A DNA stretch of 64,000 nt from Candidatus Uhrbacteria bacterium (GTDB lineage: Bacteria; Patescibacteriota; Patescibacteriia; UBA9934; GWF2-40-263). The translations under genes were made by a program, and so were the position numbers. The DNA lies in contig JACPHT010000006.1 of assembly GCA_016188475.1 (NCBI GenBank), positions 68,313 to 132,312 on the forward strand, read 5' to 3'. How positions within the stretch are numbered: position 1 is the stretch's first letter; the number at the start of each line of letters is the position of its first letter. The notes beneath the pieces are model-generated. The model was not told the origin of the DNA, did not search any database, and saw nothing but the letters and a program-made list of their open reading frames with translations. Below, piece by piece: positions 40,284-50,365 of this stretch.

Positions 40284-42152
40284 CTAATTTAAGCTAGCTT
40301 TTATACGTCTGACTCCAGATCCGACAGACTCCTCTTTTTGAATTTTAAAGCGACCGAGTTCGCCCGTATTCTCCACATGAGGGCCTCCACAGACTTCTTT
40401 GCTAAAGGATTCACCTATAAAGTATACCTTTATCTTGCCTCCAAGTTGAGCATATTTATCATCAAAAACTCCAATTGCACCTTTTTGTTTTGCGGTTTCT
40501 AAATCTAAAATTTCAAAATGTACCGGAAGATTTTTTTGGATATTTTCGTTCACGATCGATTCGACTTGTTTGATCTGCTCGTCGGTCAATCGATCTGGAT
40601 GAGAAAAATCGAATCGTAATCTCTGGTGAGTTATATTTGAACCGCGTTGAAAAACATGATCGCCAAGAACTATTCGAAGCGCCTGATTTAACATGTGAGT
40701 TGCAGTGTGAAGTTTAACTGTTTCCGTAGAGTGATCAGCAAGTCCACCAATAAATTTTTCTGTTGATCCAGCACGAGAAAGATTTTGATGTTTACCAAAC
40801 TCTTCTGAAAAAATTTGTTTATCTATTTTCTGTCCTTTTTCTTGAGCCATTTCTTCTGTAAGTTCAAGTGGAAATCCAAATGTTGCATACAGCAAGAACG
40901 CGTCTTGACCAGAGATTTTGCCGTGTTCAGAAAATATTTTTTCAAACTCACGTTCTCCCTTTGAAAGAGTCTTGAGAAATTTCTTTTCTTCCTCATTTAG
41001 TTTATCTAAAATAATTTTGGTCTGTTTTTCAAGTTTAGGATAATTATTTTTATAGGCGTCAATCAAAGATTGAGCGATTTGGGAACAAAAAAAATCTTGA
41101 ATCTCAAGTTTATGACCAAATCTCACAGCGCGTCTAATTAAACGCCGCACAAAATATCCTTGATCTTTATTTGAAGGCGTAACACCGTCGGCGATTAAAA
41201 ATACAGAAGCGCGTATATGATCCAAAATTACACGAAAATTGAATTTAAAATCATCGTTATCATTATATTTTTTTCCAATAATACTCTCTATTTCTTTTCT
41301 CGCTTGATCAAATGCATCAATCAAAAAAATGTCTGGTGTGTTGTTTATTGCCGCTGTGATGCGTTCAAGCCCTCCTCCGAAGTCTACGTTTTTATTTGGC
41401 AACGCCTCAAAACCGGTTTCTGTTTTTTTATATTGCATGAAAACATTGTTCCCTATTTCTAAAAATCGCCCACAATCGCAGTTGACATGACACTGTTCAT
41501 CCTTGAATCGTGAGTTTTCGTGCAATTTAAGTTCCTCTCCAAAATCCCAAAACATTTCGCTATCAGGTCCGCCAGGTTCTCCAACAGGCATATTCTCTGG
41601 AACTCCAGACCGCGACCACCAGTTTTTAGTTTCATCGAAATAAAAAATTCTTCCGCTTTGCATTCCATCCCGTTCTGAAAAATCAACATCAACAGCATCA
41701 ATTCCAACTTCTGCAAATGCTTTTTTCCAAAGTTCAACAGATTCGCTGTCGCGAGGAATTCCAAGTGATTCATTGCCGCGAAAAACAGTCACAAATAATT
41801 TATTTGGATCTAGTCTGATTTCTTTTGTTAAAAATTCAAATATCCAACCGATCTGTTCTTCTTTGAAATAATCTCCAAGCGACCAATTTCCAAGCATCTC
41901 AAAAAAAGTTGTATGACGATTATCTCCAACCTCATCTATATCTTGTGCACGAAAGCATGTTTGACTGTTTGTAATTCGTTTTCCAAGCGGATGTGCCTGA
42001 CCCAAAAGATACTGAACCATTGGTTGCATTCCTGAACCAGTGAAAAGTGTTGTTGGATCGTTTTCAGGCAAAAGCGAAGCAGATGGCACAATCTTGTGTC
42101 CTTTCTTTTCAAAGAAATCCAGGTATTTTTTTCTGACATCACTAAGTTTCAT
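40284..42152 (-). CDS. alaS: Alanine--tRNA ligase, short form lacking C-Ala
   Basis: DPTTLFTGSGM, HTTFFEMLGN, HTATH, CGGPHV; ends after GVRRI. Confidence 0.96.
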   Translation of the reverse strand: MKLSDVRKKYLDFFEKKGHKIVPSASLLPENDPTTLFTGSGMQPMVQYLLGQAHPLGKRITNSQTCFRAQDIDEVGDNRHTTFFEMLGNWSLGDYFKEEQIGWIFEFLTKEIRLDPNKLFVTVFRGNESLGIPRDSESVELWKKAFAEVGIDAVDVDFSERDGMQSGRIFYFDETKNWWSRSGVPENMPVGEPGGPDSEMFWDFGEELKLHENSRFKDEQCHVNCDCGRFLEIGNNVFMQYKKTETGFEALPNKNVDFGGGLERITAAINNTPDIFLIDAFDQARKEIESIIGKKYNDNDDFKFNFRVILDHIRASVFLIADGVTPSNKDQGYFVRRLIRRAVRFGHKLEIQDFFCSQIAQSLIDAYKNNYPKLEKQTKIILDKLNEEEKKFLKTLSKGEREFEKIFSEHGKISGQDAFLLYATFGFPLELTEEMAQEKGQKIDKQIFSEEFGKHQNLSRAGSTEKFIGGLADHSTETVKLHTATHMLNQALRIVLGDHVFQRGSNITHQRLRFDFSHPDRLTDEQIKQVESIVNENIQKNLPVHFEILDLETAKQKGAIGVFDDKYAQLGGKIKVYFIGESFSKEVCGGPHVENTGELGRFKIQKEESVGSGVRRIKASLN

Positions 42153-42172
42153 AGAAGAACCTTTGGGATATT

Positions 42173-43777
42173 CTACCCAAGTGTTTGAGTTGCGTCCACT
42201 TGCGCTTTTTTAAGAATCTTCTTCTGCATTGACTCGACAAACGCTTTCATCTCATCCGCTTTTAACAACCACGCTATCAAAAAGTATGCAAACAATCCAA
42301 CTCCTCCAGCAACGAGTCCTTGAAAAAACACATCAAAAAAAGTGTGCAGAGGTAAAAATAAAACCAAAACATATTTTATTCCCTGCATAACAACACCGCT
42401 GATTAATCCTGAAACTGCAAATTTTATAATTGACTGTAATATAGACGCCTCATCAAGAGATTTGATTCTTTGTCTAAGAGGAACCCATAAAAGAACAGCA
42501 TTGATAATAGCAGATAGTGAGTATGCCATTCCAAGTCCGACAACTCCAAAAGTTGGGCTGAATAAGTAAGCGCTTATAATTCCTATCAATGCTCCGACAA
42601 GTCCTGCTGTAAGAGGCGTGATGCTGTCATGAAGCGCGAAAAAAGCACGAGCTAAAATAAAAACAAAAGCTTGAGGTATAAAAGTAAGAGCAAAAAACGC
42701 AAGAGTGTCGGCCGTTAGAACTGTTGAAGTCCAATCAAAAGCCCCAGCCCCGACAACAACACGAACAATTTGAGAACGCAAAATCAAAAACAAAAGCATG
42801 AACGGAATAAGCAAAAATAAAGTTTGACGAATCGTTGAGGAAAAAGATTCACGGAAAGATTTTATATCATCATGAAGTATATGTTCTGAAAAAAGCGGAA
42901 AAGCCGCGATTGCAAATGAAACTCCAATAATTCCAACTGGAAAAAATTGAATATTGTACGCGAATTGAAAAACCGTAACGCTCCCGGTCGGAAGAGTTGT
43001 CGCTATAATCATCAAAATAAAAAACAATAATTGATTAACAACGATTCCAAGCATTCTCGGACTTGTCATTCTAACCATCTCTTTGATTTCTTTTGTATTT
43101 TTTGAAAAAACAAATTTGTGGCTATAACCAGACCTTCTACATTCTATCCATTGACTTAAAACGTGCAAAAACGCACCGAGCACAACGCCCCATGCCAATC
43201 CAATCGGTCCAAAAAATTTAGTAAAAAACAAGGCACCAAAAATAATTCCAATGTTGTAAAAAATCGGAGCAAGAGAATAAAGAAAAAATTGTTTGAAACT
43301 TTGAAGAACACTTCCAAAAACCATTGAAAAAGAAAGTAGCACTTGCGCTATCAGCATAACACGCATGAACTCACTCACTGCCTCTCGCTTAACATCATTA
43401 AACCCAGGAGCAATCAACGCACTTATTGGATTTGAAAACAATAACAAAATTATAGATAAAACGATCATGATAAGGCCCAAGATATGTAAAACTGTGTTTG
43501 TGAATTTCCATGCCTCCTCTTTTCGATTTCCAAAATATAATTCTGAAAAAAGAGGAATAAAGCTTGATGAGATCGCACCAACAACAATTAAATTAAACAT
43601 CAAATCAGGAACTTTAAATGCGGCGTAATAGACATCCAACGTGTCCCCTGCTCCAAAAGCACCGGCAAGTAAACGATCGCGAATAAAACCAACAAATCGA
43701 CTGACAAACGAAAGAGCGCCGACAATCGCGGCGGCTCCAATTATTGTTTTTGATTCTGTGTGAAGAAAGCGGAACAT
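42173..43777 (-). CDS. murJ: Lipid II flippase MurJ
   Basis: SRFVGFIRD, AFKVPD, FIPLF, RAFFALHD. Confidence 0.93.
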   Translation of the reverse strand: MFRFLHTESKTIIGAAAIVGALSFVSRFVGFIRDRLLAGAFGAGDTLDVYYAAFKVPDLMFNLIVVGAISSSFIPLFSELYFGNRKEEAWKFTNTVLHILGLIMIVLSIILLLFSNPISALIAPGFNDVKREAVSEFMRVMLIAQVLLSFSMVFGSVLQSFKQFFLYSLAPIFYNIGIIFGALFFTKFFGPIGLAWGVVLGAFLHVLSQWIECRRSGYSHKFVFSKNTKEIKEMVRMTSPRMLGIVVNQLLFFILMIIATTLPTGSVTVFQFAYNIQFFPVGIIGVSFAIAAFPLFSEHILHDDIKSFRESFSSTIRQTLFLLIPFMLLFLILRSQIVRVVVGAGAFDWTSTVLTADTLAFFALTFIPQAFVFILARAFFALHDSITPLTAGLVGALIGIISAYLFSPTFGVVGLGMAYSLSAIINAVLLWVPLRQRIKSLDEASILQSIIKFAVSGLISGVVMQGIKYVLVLFLPLHTFFDVFFQGLVAGGVGLFAYFLIAWLLKADEMKAFVESMQKKILKKAQVDATQTLG

Positions 43778-44842
43778 TTATTTTTTATTCAATTTCCAAA
43801 ATACAGAACCGCCAGTTGCGAGCAAAATTACAAGAAATCCAATCAACAGATCGATATATATATTTTCCAAAGTAAAAAACGGAACCAGAACCGTAGTCGA
43901 TTCTTTTTCTGAAAGCCCGTCTTCTGAAATCTTTGAAAGTGTCACAACATAAGCGCCGCTCTTTTTGTATTCGTGCGTAGTATTTATCTTGTTTGATTTA
44001 ATTCCATCTCCGAAGTTCCATTCGTATTGAGAACTCTTGTCAATTGGTCCTACAACTGAAAACGTAAATGTATTCCAACTGTCGTGTGAATAGCCAAAAA
44101 CCGTGTGAGGTGAGAACATCAGGGAATCAGAAACGACTGGTTCTTCTTCACTTACTTTTTCAGTGTTCTGCAAATCCGCAACGACCTGATTTACAATTTT
44201 TGAAAATGTTTCCGATAGATTTGTTTGTTTCGCGTCATTTGGAAAAGAATCTTTTTTATCAACAACTCCGTCGGCATCTGTATCTTTTTGAATTGGTTTT
44301 GATCCAAGTTCTGCTTCAACCTCATCTGACAATCCGTCGTTGTCGTCGTCTTCATCACATAAATCACCTAAACCATCTGCGTCAAAATCATTCTGGTCCG
44401 CGTTCGCTAAATTTAGACAATTATCTTTTTCATCAATAACACCGTCTGAATCTTGATCGTGAACCGGTTCAAACATTCCAGTAATTGCCGTATTATTGTT
44501 CAAGTTTGTATCTGTGGGATCAGTACCTTGAATTTCTGCTCTTATATTAAAAACCCCTGATGGAACAGTAAAATCAATATACACTTCTTCAGGCAAACCG
44601 CCGCTTAATAATGAAATCACTTGAGAGTTTCCCAAAACTGTTGTGCCTTGAAAAAAAGTCACATAACCAGTGACATCTTCTTCACCAACATTTTGAACAC
44701 GCGAATAAAGTCGTACTTTTTCGCCAGAAACAAGAGTCTCTTTTGAAAACCGAATATCGCCTGCGCTAATGGAAAGATCAACGACAGCCGCGCTAACCAC
44801 CAATGGGAACATTATTAAAATTGTGAATAAAATATAACGCAT
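43778..44842 (-). CDS. Surface protein: CARDB-like domain, TSP3-type Ca-binding repeats, PKD domain, C-terminal TM
   Basis: DxDxDG repeats; YEWNFGDG...HEYKKSGAYVVTL. Confidence 0.85.
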   Translation of the reverse strand: MRYILFTILIMFPLVVSAAVVDLSISAGDIRFSKETLVSGEKVRLYSRVQNVGEEDVTGYVTFFQGTTVLGNSQVISLLSGGLPEEVYIDFTVPSGVFNIRAEIQGTDPTDTNLNNNTAITGMFEPVHDQDSDGVIDEKDNCLNLANADQNDFDADGLGDLCDEDDDNDGLSDEVEAELGSKPIQKDTDADGVVDKKDSFPNDAKQTNLSETFSKIVNQVVADLQNTEKVSEEEPVVSDSLMFSPHTVFGYSHDSWNTFTFSVVGPIDKSSQYEWNFGDGIKSNKINTTHEYKKSGAYVVTLSKISEDGLSEKESTTVLVPFFTLENIYIDLLIGFLVILLATGGSVFWKLNKK

Positions 44843-44845
44843 AAA

Positions 44846-45763
44846 TTATAATCTATGTTTTTTCACAATAAACATAACGATCGCAAACATCACTAACAAT
44901 GAAAACACGAAAATGAAAAATACAAAATCCGGTCTATGCGCGAAAGGAAGCCAAGGAACATTCATTCCATAAAAACCCGCAATAAAAGTTGGAACCATTA
45001 TTGAGGCTGAAATTATTGTCAGAAAAGTAATGACATCGTTTGTCTTATGAGAAAGTAAAGCCTCGTTAACATCGAATAATCCATCGACAAATAATTTTAA
45101 GTTGTCGGTAGATGACCAAACAGTATCGAGACTATCTTTCAAATCATCAAAATATACATTAAAATCTTCAGAAATAAATTGACGTTTAGAAACAGTGAGG
45201 TTCGAAACAATTGTGCGTTGCGGATCAATCAAATGCCGAAGGAATAAAATATTACGTCTTGTTTTTCCAAGATCAACTGTAATTTTTTTATCATGACTAT
45301 TGTTTATTGCTTCTTCAAGTCTTGCGACCTCACTTGTTAGAAATGAAACAATAGATTGAGTTTCACGAAATGCGTCCATTAAAATTCTGTAAAGCATAAA
45401 CGCTGGACCTTTCGACAAAACATTATTTCTAAACTTATTTACTTTTTCCATGTGATCATAAAGTTTTTCAATTGAAACGATCGGTTCACGAGTTAGAGTT
45501 ATGATGTTTTTATCATTCAAAAAAATATACAATTCATTTCCACCAACTGTTTTTCCATCTTTTTTCAAAACCGGAATATGGAAAGTAAAAAAAAGATAAT
45601 GTTTGTACGTGTCTATTTTGGAAAGAGATGTCCCTGCTCGGATATCGTCGTAATCAAGATGATGAAATTTAAAATTTTGTTTTAGATAATCCAAGTCCGC
45701 TTCATTGACACGGCTTATGTGAATCCAGCCGATGTCTTTTACCTCAAGTATTTTGTTTGTCAT
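44846..45763 (-). CDS. corA: CorA family Mg2+/Co2+ transporter
   Basis: PTFIAGFYGMNV signature and two C-terminal TMs. Confidence 0.9.
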   Translation of the reverse strand: MTNKILEVKDIGWIHISRVNEADLDYLKQNFKFHHLDYDDIRAGTSLSKIDTYKHYLFFTFHIPVLKKDGKTVGGNELYIFLNDKNIITLTREPIVSIEKLYDHMEKVNKFRNNVLSKGPAFMLYRILMDAFRETQSIVSFLTSEVARLEEAINNSHDKKITVDLGKTRRNILFLRHLIDPQRTIVSNLTVSKRQFISEDFNVYFDDLKDSLDTVWSSTDNLKLFVDGLFDVNEALLSHKTNDVITFLTIISASIMVPTFIAGFYGMNVPWLPFAHRPDFVFFIFVFSLLVMFAIVMFIVKKHRL

Positions 45764-45921
45764 ATTCGCATCAGGAATTAGATCTGTTGCTAAATAATCA
45801 TTTAGGACAAAATTATGATATTTCGAGTCAAAAGTAGAAAAACAAATTTTGAAGTTTAGCTGAGCTAAGCAGAAAAATTTTTTTTCGCTTTTGGCCGAAA
45901 GAGCAAATTTTGAACAAATTA

Positions 45922-46650
45922 TTATTTAGCAGCAGATCTACTATTGCGTTTTTTTGAATGACCAAACGTGTAATGAAAACGATTGTGTCGAATAGGACCT
46001 ATAAAAGCTGTGTGAAGCTCGGCAAGTAAATACTTAATCGCTATATTGATTCTCCCGTCACGATCGAGCCTGCGTATTGAAACAGGAATTTTTGTTTGTT
46101 TTAAAAATCCGAACTCGCCGACATCAAGAAAACGGCGCGCATAATCATGGTCTTCACAAAATGTGACACTCTCATCAAATCCTTTAATTTTGTCATGCTT
46201 GTCTTTTCTCACAAACATACAAAAACCGGGAGCGTGCGGAAACAATGATCCCCACGCGCGAGCATATGTATTATAAGCTTTATGCATGAAGTGATCTAGC
46301 AGATCATCTGAAAGAGGAAACACATCGCATGTTGCAAGATCAAGTTTCCGTTCTTTCATTTCCCCAATCGCTTTTTCTAAAAATTCTGGATCGCGCAGTT
46401 CAACATCAGCATCTAAAAAAAGAACGAATTCCGTTTTTGCGATTGACGCGCCTCGATTGCGCCCGACTCCCGGCATTCCTCCTTCTATTACTCGTGCCCC
46501 GTACGATCGCGCAATTTCTTGTGTTCGATCTGTTGATCCTGAATCTGCAACGATAATTTCAGAAGGTTGAATGGTTTGTTTGCGAATCGAATCAAGAAGT
46601 TTTGGTAAAAATTCTTCTTCGTTTTTTGTAGGAATTACAACAGTCAACAT
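45922..46650 (-). CDS. GT2 glycosyltransferase
   Basis: VVIPTKNEE, VADSGSTD, FLDAD, EDHDY. Confidence 0.9.
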   Translation of the reverse strand: MLTVVIPTKNEEEFLPKLLDSIRKQTIQPSEIIVADSGSTDRTQEIARSYGARVIEGGMPGVGRNRGASIAKTEFVLFLDADVELRDPEFLEKAIGEMKERKLDLATCDVFPLSDDLLDHFMHKAYNTYARAWGSLFPHAPGFCMFVRKDKHDKIKGFDESVTFCEDHDYARRFLDVGEFGFLKQTKIPVSIRRLDRDGRINIAIKYLLAELHTAFIGPIRHNRFHYTFGHSKKRNSRSAAK

Positions 46651-46743
46651 AATGCAAATAGTTTAGCGAAAAAAGGGTTTATTGACAAATGAACACCGAC
46701 GCAGTAAGACTAATTTGTCATCAACTTTGGAGGCAATACGTCG

Positions 46744-48222
46744 ATGGCACGTGAATCATTGATCAGGTTTGCTGAAAACGATTCTCCAGTTCATTCCAAT
46801 TCATATCGCTTACGGCGCTTTCTAAACTGGTTCCCTCTCGGATTCGGTTATGCAAGTCTCGTGTTCATGCGCTATGGTTTAAACGCTGGCCAGCACGCGC
46901 TTGGAGACGACAACCTAATGTCAGAAGCGGATTTCTACAACATCTTCGCCTGGGGCGCGGCGTCCTACGTGATCGGATTTCTAACCCTAAGCCCACTTGT
47001 TGATCGAAAAGGCGGACGCTGGGGCATGATAACAGGACTCATGGGAACGATCTCTGTCAATCTAATAATGGCGCTCGTAGTGAGGAAGACGATTGACGAA
47101 ACTGCACACCTGCCGTTCGTATTCTGCATGACAGCGCTTTATTGCGCGAACATGTTCTTCCAGTCGCTTGGAGCGATGTCGATCGTTGCCGTAAATGTTC
47201 CGTGGTTTCATGTGCGAGAGCGCGGAAAATTCGCGACGATCTTCGGAGTGCTAATAGCGCTTGGCAACTACTTCGCGTTCGATTGGGGGTACGCGATCGT
47301 TGATGCGACGCGCAAATACATCAATCTTGACAAGCTTTCATTTACAGCTTCCATTTTCCAAGGGCTTCTTGGAACTGGTGGAAAAGCCGTAAACGAAAGT
47401 TGGTGGTTGTTCTTGTTCCCTGCGCTGTTCGGACTCTTCTGGCTTATTCCCATAGTGATCACACTTCGAAATTCACCAAAAGAGGCAAGCTTCAACGATT
47501 TCGAAACAGGTATCGAGCACATGAGTGCTTCTCAACTTACGATGTTTCAAATGTTGAAGGAAGTCTTCCTCAATCCAAAACACAGAGTCGTCCTGGTTAT
47601 CTGTCTTATCGAATTCTGCTCTGGCGCAATTCGAAATGGAAGTATTCAGACATATCCTAAGTTCGCAGAACATATAGGATTCAAACACGACTTTGCGCTT
47701 TCTGAACATTGGGGACTCTTTCTTCTGATCGCCGGGGTAATCGGAGCTAACGCGACTGGATTCATATCTGACAAGTGCTTCAACTCGCGTCGCGGTCCTA
47801 TGGCGGTAATTCTGTATGTGCTCATGGTATTCGGAATCTCGATGATACTTTTTTCGCTTGGTTCAAACGCGCCGCATAGCGGATCTATCAATACTGGAAT
47901 CGGACTGTTCATCCTTGCAACTTGTGTAATAGGCGTTCACGGAATTCTATCAGGAACAGCCGCGGCTGAATTCTCTGGCACGAAAAACACGGCAAAAGCA
48001 GTCGGAATCATAGACGGTGCTGTATATCTTGGAACATCCGCACAATCGTTTTTGATGGGCCTGTTCGTTCCAATCTTCCAGCCGGGAGCATTAGCTCACA
48101 AGATCACGGATCCATCCTCATGGATGGCTTGGCCAATCATCCTATTACCGTTTGCAGTGATAGGAACCATACTCGGAACGAGCATTTACAGCGCTTATCC
48201 GAAAGGAAAACATACTCACTGA
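46744..48222 (+). CDS. MFS transporter, GlpT/UhpT (OPA)-like
   Basis: Multi-TM; VDRKGGR, WFHVRERG, ISDKCFNSRRGP, GIIDG..YLG; GGAGG SD. Confidence 0.85.
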   Translation: MARESLIRFAENDSPVHSNSYRLRRFLNWFPLGFGYASLVFMRYGLNAGQHALGDDNLMSEADFYNIFAWGAASYVIGFLTLSPLVDRKGGRWGMITGLMGTISVNLIMALVVRKTIDETAHLPFVFCMTALYCANMFFQSLGAMSIVAVNVPWFHVRERGKFATIFGVLIALGNYFAFDWGYAIVDATRKYINLDKLSFTASIFQGLLGTGGKAVNESWWLFLFPALFGLFWLIPIVITLRNSPKEASFNDFETGIEHMSASQLTMFQMLKEVFLNPKHRVVLVICLIEFCSGAIRNGSIQTYPKFAEHIGFKHDFALSEHWGLFLLIAGVIGANATGFISDKCFNSRRGPMAVILYVLMVFGISMILFSLGSNAPHSGSINTGIGLFILATCVIGVHGILSGTAAAEFSGTKNTAKAVGIIDGAVYLGTSAQSFLMGLFVPIFQPGALAHKITDPSSWMAWPIILLPFAVIGTILGTSIYSAYPKGKHTH

Positions 48223-48229
48223 ACAACTT

Positions 48230-48255
48230 GGGCTTCTTCACAGAAGCTCTTTTTT
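48230..48255 (+). terminator. Intrinsic terminator after the MFS gene
   Basis: GGGCTTCT-tcac-AGAAGCTC followed by a T-run. Confidence 0.65.
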
Positions 48256-48276
48256 CATATAATGTGACGTCTATAT

Positions 48277-49131
48277 ATGCCAAAATCTGGATTTGTAGTG
48301 CTTTTCGGCCGTTCAAACGTTGGAAAATCAACGCTTCTTAACGCTATCATCGGATCGAAAATTTCCATTACAACTCCGAAACCTCAAACAACGCGTTTGC
48401 CAATTCAAGGAATTCTCACTCGCGATGAAGGTCAGATTGTTTTTGTTGATACACCGGGAATTTACAAAAAACGACGCGACGAATTAACAAAAAAATTACT
48501 TGAAACAGTAAAACAATCTTTGAAAGAAGTTGATGTGGTCGGATATGTCATTGATCCAACTCGAGAAATTGGAGATGAGGAACGTGAGGCTTTGAGAATT
48601 ATCAAACAGATTGACGCAAAAAAAATTCTCATAATCAACAAAATAGACGAAAGAAAAAAACCTTTCATTGATTTTTACCGTGATCTTTCACCAGAATTTG
48701 ATGCAACGATCGAAGTTTCTGCATTGCGCGAAACAAACATCCAAGCGCTTATCAACATTTTGTTTTCGTTTCTTAAAGAGGGCAACTATTTTTATCCGGA
48801 ACATCAGATCACAAATATACCAAATGCTTTTTGGATCGCTGAATTGATTCGAGAAAAATTATTTCTGCGACTTCGTCAGGAAGTTCCTTACACAACCCAC
48901 GTTGAAGTAACTGATATTGAAGAAAAAGAAAACGGAATGTTGGTTATTTCTGCAACTATTTTTACAACAGATGATCGTTATAAAAGAATGATAATTGGAA
49001 AAGGTGGACAAGGAATCAAAGAAATAGGACAATCGACTCGAAAAGAACTTGAAGGCGCGATGAATCGAAAAATCTTTCTTGAACTTACTGTTGACGTTGA
49101 TCCACATTGGACGGAGAGATTTGAAATGTAA
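48277..49131 (+). CDS. era: GTPase Era
   Basis: GRSNVGKST, PQTTR, DTPG, NKID, KH domain IIGKGG. Confidence 0.96.
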   Translation: MPKSGFVVLFGRSNVGKSTLLNAIIGSKISITTPKPQTTRLPIQGILTRDEGQIVFVDTPGIYKKRRDELTKKLLETVKQSLKEVDVVGYVIDPTREIGDEEREALRIIKQIDAKKILIINKIDERKKPFIDFYRDLSPEFDATIEVSALRETNIQALINILFSFLKEGNYFYPEHQITNIPNAFWIAELIREKLFLRLRQEVPYTTHVEVTDIEEKENGMLVISATIFTTDDRYKRMIIGKGGQGIKEIGQSTRKELEGAMNRKIFLELTVDVDPHWTERFEM

Positions 49132-49173
49132 AATTTTAGGAGTAACTGATTTCTAATGGCTAATAGCTAATGG

Positions 49174-50088
49174 CTAAAGGCTGATATCAGTTACTTCATA
49201 TCCCCAAAATGCTTCTCCAAGGGCTTTTCGATTAAAAATGTTAGCTGTTCCTCGCGAAGCAGGTGAAAGCATTATCTCCAAAATAAGCGGGTTATTTTCG
49301 TTTGCCAAAATTGTATAACGAGCAAAAGCGTTTTGCGCCTGAATCGCGCGAACATCTGTCAAAACTCCGTTGACTTTTAACCTGAACGTTTTCCAATCAA
49401 TATCCGCCTCGATTTCTGAAATATTTTTTTGATCTTTGACTTGCGGTTTTCCTTTAAGTTGATCTATAAACGATTCAATCTGATCAGTGATTCCTGTTAC
49501 ATACGACACAGAATCATCAAACAATCCAAGATGAATCTCGGTGCGACGATTTTCAACAAGTTCTTTATATTGTTTGTTTGAAAGCCAGATGAGTGTCGAA
49601 TCGCTTTTTAGGTTTTCGTCTTTTTGCCAAAAAAAAGGTAAAAGTATTTTATTTCCATTTTCAAGCGAGTTTGTTTCAAGTATGCCTTTTTCCAAAATAT
49701 TTTCGTAAACTGGTTCTGGAGGATTTGGTAATTGTGTGCCGATCGCGGCTGAAGTGTAGTCGTCAAAATATTTTTTGCGCGTAGCAGTTGAAGCATCGGT
49801 TTCTTTTTTCAAAGATCGTTCCCAAGAAAAAACTCCTCTGACTTTCGGTTCCCAAAAATTTACCGAAATGATTCGATCGGCATCTGTTCCTTCAAATAAG
49901 GAAATCGCTTTTCCACCAACACCAAATATAGTCTCTCGCAAAATGATTTTCGAACCAGCTTCAATATTGAGAAGCGCTGCCGCTTGTTCCGGAGTTTTAT
50001 CTGAAACAATCTGTTGAGTGCAACCTGCCCCAACAAAAAGAATCGCACAACATGTCAGAGCGACAGAACGATTCAGTCTTAAGTTCAT
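49174..50088 (-). CDS. Hypothetical lipoprotein
   Basis: Lipobox-like LFVGAGC. Confidence 0.75.
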   Translation of the reverse strand: MNLRLNRSVALTCCAILFVGAGCTQQIVSDKTPEQAAALLNIEAGSKIILRETIFGVGGKAISLFEGTDADRIISVNFWEPKVRGVFSWERSLKKETDASTATRKKYFDDYTSAAIGTQLPNPPEPVYENILEKGILETNSLENGNKILLPFFWQKDENLKSDSTLIWLSNKQYKELVENRRTEIHLGLFDDSVSYVTGITDQIESFIDQLKGKPQVKDQKNISEIEADIDWKTFRLKVNGVLTDVRAIQAQNAFARYTILANENNPLILEIMLSPASRGTANIFNRKALGEAFWGYEVTDISL

Positions 50089-50097
50089 AAAAGTTCA

Positions 50098-50346
50098 TTA
50101 TGAGGCCCATTTGCGAACTTCATCTTCTGAAGCTTCGCCGCAAATTGATTTGCCTGTCTCTTCATTAAAGAAGAACGGAACTCCTCCGCATTTTCCACCG
50201 TCTTTTTGATCAAAAATTTTCGCGTTTTCTGGATGATGCCAAGTTTCGAGCTTGGTAATTTCAACACCTTCGGCGATTAACTTATCCACAAGTGGCATCA
50301 TAACATGACAATGAGGACATTCATCCCCGTAAAAAAAGTATTTCAT
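50098..50346 (-). CDS. Thioredoxin/glutaredoxin-like protein
   Basis: CPHC active site; CGGVPFF. Confidence 0.85.
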   Translation of the reverse strand: MKYFFYGDECPHCHVMMPLVDKLIAEGVEITKLETWHHPENAKIFDQKDGGKCGGVPFFFNEETGKSICGEASEDEVRKWAS

Positions 50347-50365
50347 ATTGTGCTATTATCTTAAC

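Noticed and set aside
44270-44460. Asp-rich repeated DNA in the surface protein gene
   Set aside because: It is explained by known TSP3-type DxDxDG calcium-binding repeats.
45855-45912. Small hairpins upstream of corA as a Mg2+ riboswitch
   Set aside because: Only short stems (gcttttggccgaaagagc) in AT-rich DNA, with no recognisable M-box features.
49150-49177. 7-nt repeats ctaatgg/ctaatag between era and the lipoprotein gene
   Set aside because: Only three or four degenerate units at one site; too little to interpret.
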